Assembly (NCBI GenBank): GCA_043228905.1
Contig: JBHGNT010000002.1
Span: forward strand, 27,280,001 to 27,344,000
DNA length: 64,000 bases
Origin: Azolla caroliniana
Taxonomy: Eukaryota; Plantae; Polypodiophyta
Reading direction: 5' to 3'
The notes below the pieces were generated by a model, which saw nothing but the letters and a program-made list of their open reading frames with translations, was not told where the DNA came from and made no database searches. Shown here in pieces: positions 61,518 to 64,000 of this stretch; within the stretch, counting starts at the first letter, position 1; each line of letters begins with the position of its first letter. Made by a program: the position numbers and the translations under genes.

Positions 61518-64000
61518 CCGCAGAGAACGACGGCCGGAGGAGGAGAGAGAGGCTTCGTACCCAGATCTGCAACAGCACCCCTTCCTCCCTCGCGCGCGAT
61601 CTTCTCTCCTCTTTTTCCCTTGTTCCTTCGCTTTATTCCCTGTCCCTCTGACAGGGATACGCACAATCCCCCCCTAATAAATGTGTGCGGCTTAGTATTT
61701 ACATCCACCGGTTCGTGTACAAAATATCAAGTCACGCGTCCATCCGTGTAAGGGCCGGTTTTTGCGTTTTCTCTCCGATTCCGCCTATGGCCGGTTTTCT
61801 TCACGACATCTAACCCCACCAAACCGCGCATCCACCGGTATGCACCAGAGATGGGTAGATATCGAAGAAACCCGGCCTCACTCGTTGCTCTCCGATTCTC
61901 CACCGAACCCGAACTGATCGTCGTTGTCGCTCCCACTCGCAGGCTCCAGCTCGTCTTCGAACCGCTTTTTGAAAGCTTTGATCCGCTTTCCGGCCACCGG
62001 CACCGCTAACCATGTCCCGTCGAGTTCCGCGAGGTGGTACGTGTCGTTGCCATTCACGCTCGTCACCATGTAGGGCCCGAACCATCTCCTAGCAAACTTT
62101 CGCACCACCTTGTGCTGATTGTCGAGGCTTCTGTCGTATACCAAGACCCAGTCGCCTTCCTCGATCTTCTTTGGTCGCAACCGGTGCATCCGGTTGAACC
62201 GGGTCTTGTTCCGCTCCCTTGCCGCTCGCAGCTTTTCCTTCGCCTGTATCACGTCCTCCGGCCTCCGCTCAAGTTGCTGAATCCGCGGCGCCAGCAACTC
62301 CTCCCGGCTCATTTCGTCCTTCCAATCTACCGCCGCCCACGAAGAAACCATCCATTCCACCGGCATGATCGGCTTTTGTCCGTACATTAGCTCCGTCGGC
62401 ATAAACCCTGTCACCGAACTGTGCGTAGTCCGGTCCGCCCATAGCGCATAAGGAAGGAGTCACGGCCAATTCCCGACCTGCCCACCGCATGCACGCACCA
62501 ACGCCTTTACAATCAGTCCGTGCCCACGTTCCACCTTTCCGTTCGCCTCCGGATTGTACGCCGTGGTGAGGGAGAGTTTGACGCCTAGCCGGTCGAACAG
62601 CTACTCGGCCTCCCGCGCATCCAGCTCTCCCCGGTCCGCCACGATCCTCCCGACGCACCCGTACCGACACACTACTTCTTCGATCAGGAACCGGCATACC
62701 GTCGCGGTTGTCTTGCTTTGCAGTGCACGGCCTTCCACCTGGTTCGTTAAGTCTTCTCGTGCAAGCACCAGGTATCGCATCTGTCCTACCCCCATCGGCA
62801 TCGTCACCAAGTCCACCATCCACTTGAAATGGACCGTAGGCGGGTAGGTCGGGTGTAGCTCGTCCCGGAGTCGGACTACGGAGTGCACCTGACAACTTTT
62901 GCAAGTCGTTACGAGCCGATGCACGTCTTAGTATAGCCCCGGCCACCAGTACTTCTCCTTCAGCTTCTCGAACGTGGCCCACGTTCCGCGGTGTCCGGCC
63001 CATGGGCTCTCGTGGAATGCCGCCAGTAGTTTCCCCTGTTCTTCTTTCTTTGCCACTACTCGGAGTGGAATGCCGCTTCTCTTCTTTGGGTGCCTCCATA
63101 TGCACCCGTCCCGCAGGAAGAATCGGTACGCCTTCCTCCATATCCGGCTCGCCTCCTCTCTCGCCCATTCTGCGTCCGACGTCATCGTCCGTAGGAACCT
63201 CCCGATTTGGAGCCACTCCCCGTCGTACCTGCTTTCGTCAAATTCATTAAGCGCCGGAGTGTTCCCTTTCCTCATCGTTACGTTAGCCGACCCAAAGAAG
63301 TCCTCGCCGACTTCTTCGTCATCCGAAACCATGTCGTCTTCGTCGTTGAACCTTGCCCTCGAAAGCATGTCGGTCATGGCGTTGTCCTTTCCGGAGATGT
63401 GTCGTATCTCTGGGTTCAGGGATTTAATGTACGCTATCCACCGGAGCATTGCTAGGTCCAGCGTCGCGCATCCGGAAACAATGCCGAGTATCGGCAAGCA
63501 GTCCATCTCGATGATCACCTCCGTCCTGATCAGATAATCCTTGTCGGCCTTGACTGCCGAAACGAAACGAAACGCTTAACTTGGGCGTACCCTCGTTGTC
63601 GCTCGCGCAATACCTTCGCCCCGAACCGGATCGGGCATCGTACGCCACCCTTGTCCTCCTGACTGATTACCCACCCGATCCCGGTCGGGCTGGTGTCCAC
63701 CGTTACGCAGATGGGAACATCCTTGCCGTAAACCGCTTTATGGAGAGCCGGCGCTGCCGTAATCGCCTCCTTTAGTCTCCGAACTGACTCCGTGTGCTCT
63801 GTCCTCCACTCAAAGCTACGCCCCTTTTTCAATAGTCCATAGAGAGGTTCCGCGACATGTGCGTAGTGCGGGATCTAGATGTGGTAGAACGCGCATGCCC
63901 CCAATTATCTGCGGACCTCCGTGACCGACCCGCAATCGTTCCTCATCGTGGAGATGGCCTCTACCTTTGCCGGAGACGGTTTCCTACCGTAAGGCCCGCA

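Larger units (their letters stand above)
55655..64000 (-). mobile_element. tRNA-Trp-family Gypsy running off the window; its 3' LTR is partly duplicated and hit by two insertions
   Basis: LTR pieces at 55655-~55990, 56105-56128, 60446-60763 and 61522-61808. Integrase, RNase H and the RT end lie at 61810-64000 (RRWFGPY, KWMVDLV, VDTSPTGIG). Confidence 0.88.

Overview
Eukaryotic, intron-containing land-plant DNA. The retroelement families suggest a non-seed plant such as a moss, which is an inference. The first ~2 kb holds minus-strand exons of a probable GDP-fucose O-fucosyltransferase-family gene, followed by a hAT-type MITE and a LINE relic. From ~6.4 kb to the end, the window is a deeply nested stack of LTR retrotransposons. 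It contains several Ty1/Copia elements and one very young non-chromovirus Ty3/Gypsy element (24444-33780; tRNA-Arg PBS; extra 875-aa 3' ORF). It also contains many members of a GC-rich tRNA-Trp-primed Gypsy family: full-length, deleted, solo-LTR and a non-autonomous copy with a 981-codon ORF. Five signals stand out. (1) The young Gypsy has no polypurine tract. In its place is a copy of the 3' half of its own primer tRNA (T-arm...GCGTGCCA), which acts as a second PBS on the minus strand and suggests tRNA priming of both strands. (2) The Trp family has a conserved GGAUUUU-UAG slippery site plus an H-type pseudoknot between protease and RT. (3) Every scorable insertion of that family sits at an NCGN 4-bp target or a CG-deaminated form of it. 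(4) The non-autonomous element has almost no CAG/CTG, while a neighbouring Copia has almost no CG. (5) A Copia LTR carries an array of TGACAGCT (KNOX/BELL-type) sites. All counts and alignments were made by eye, and the tRNA sequences were recalled rather than searched.
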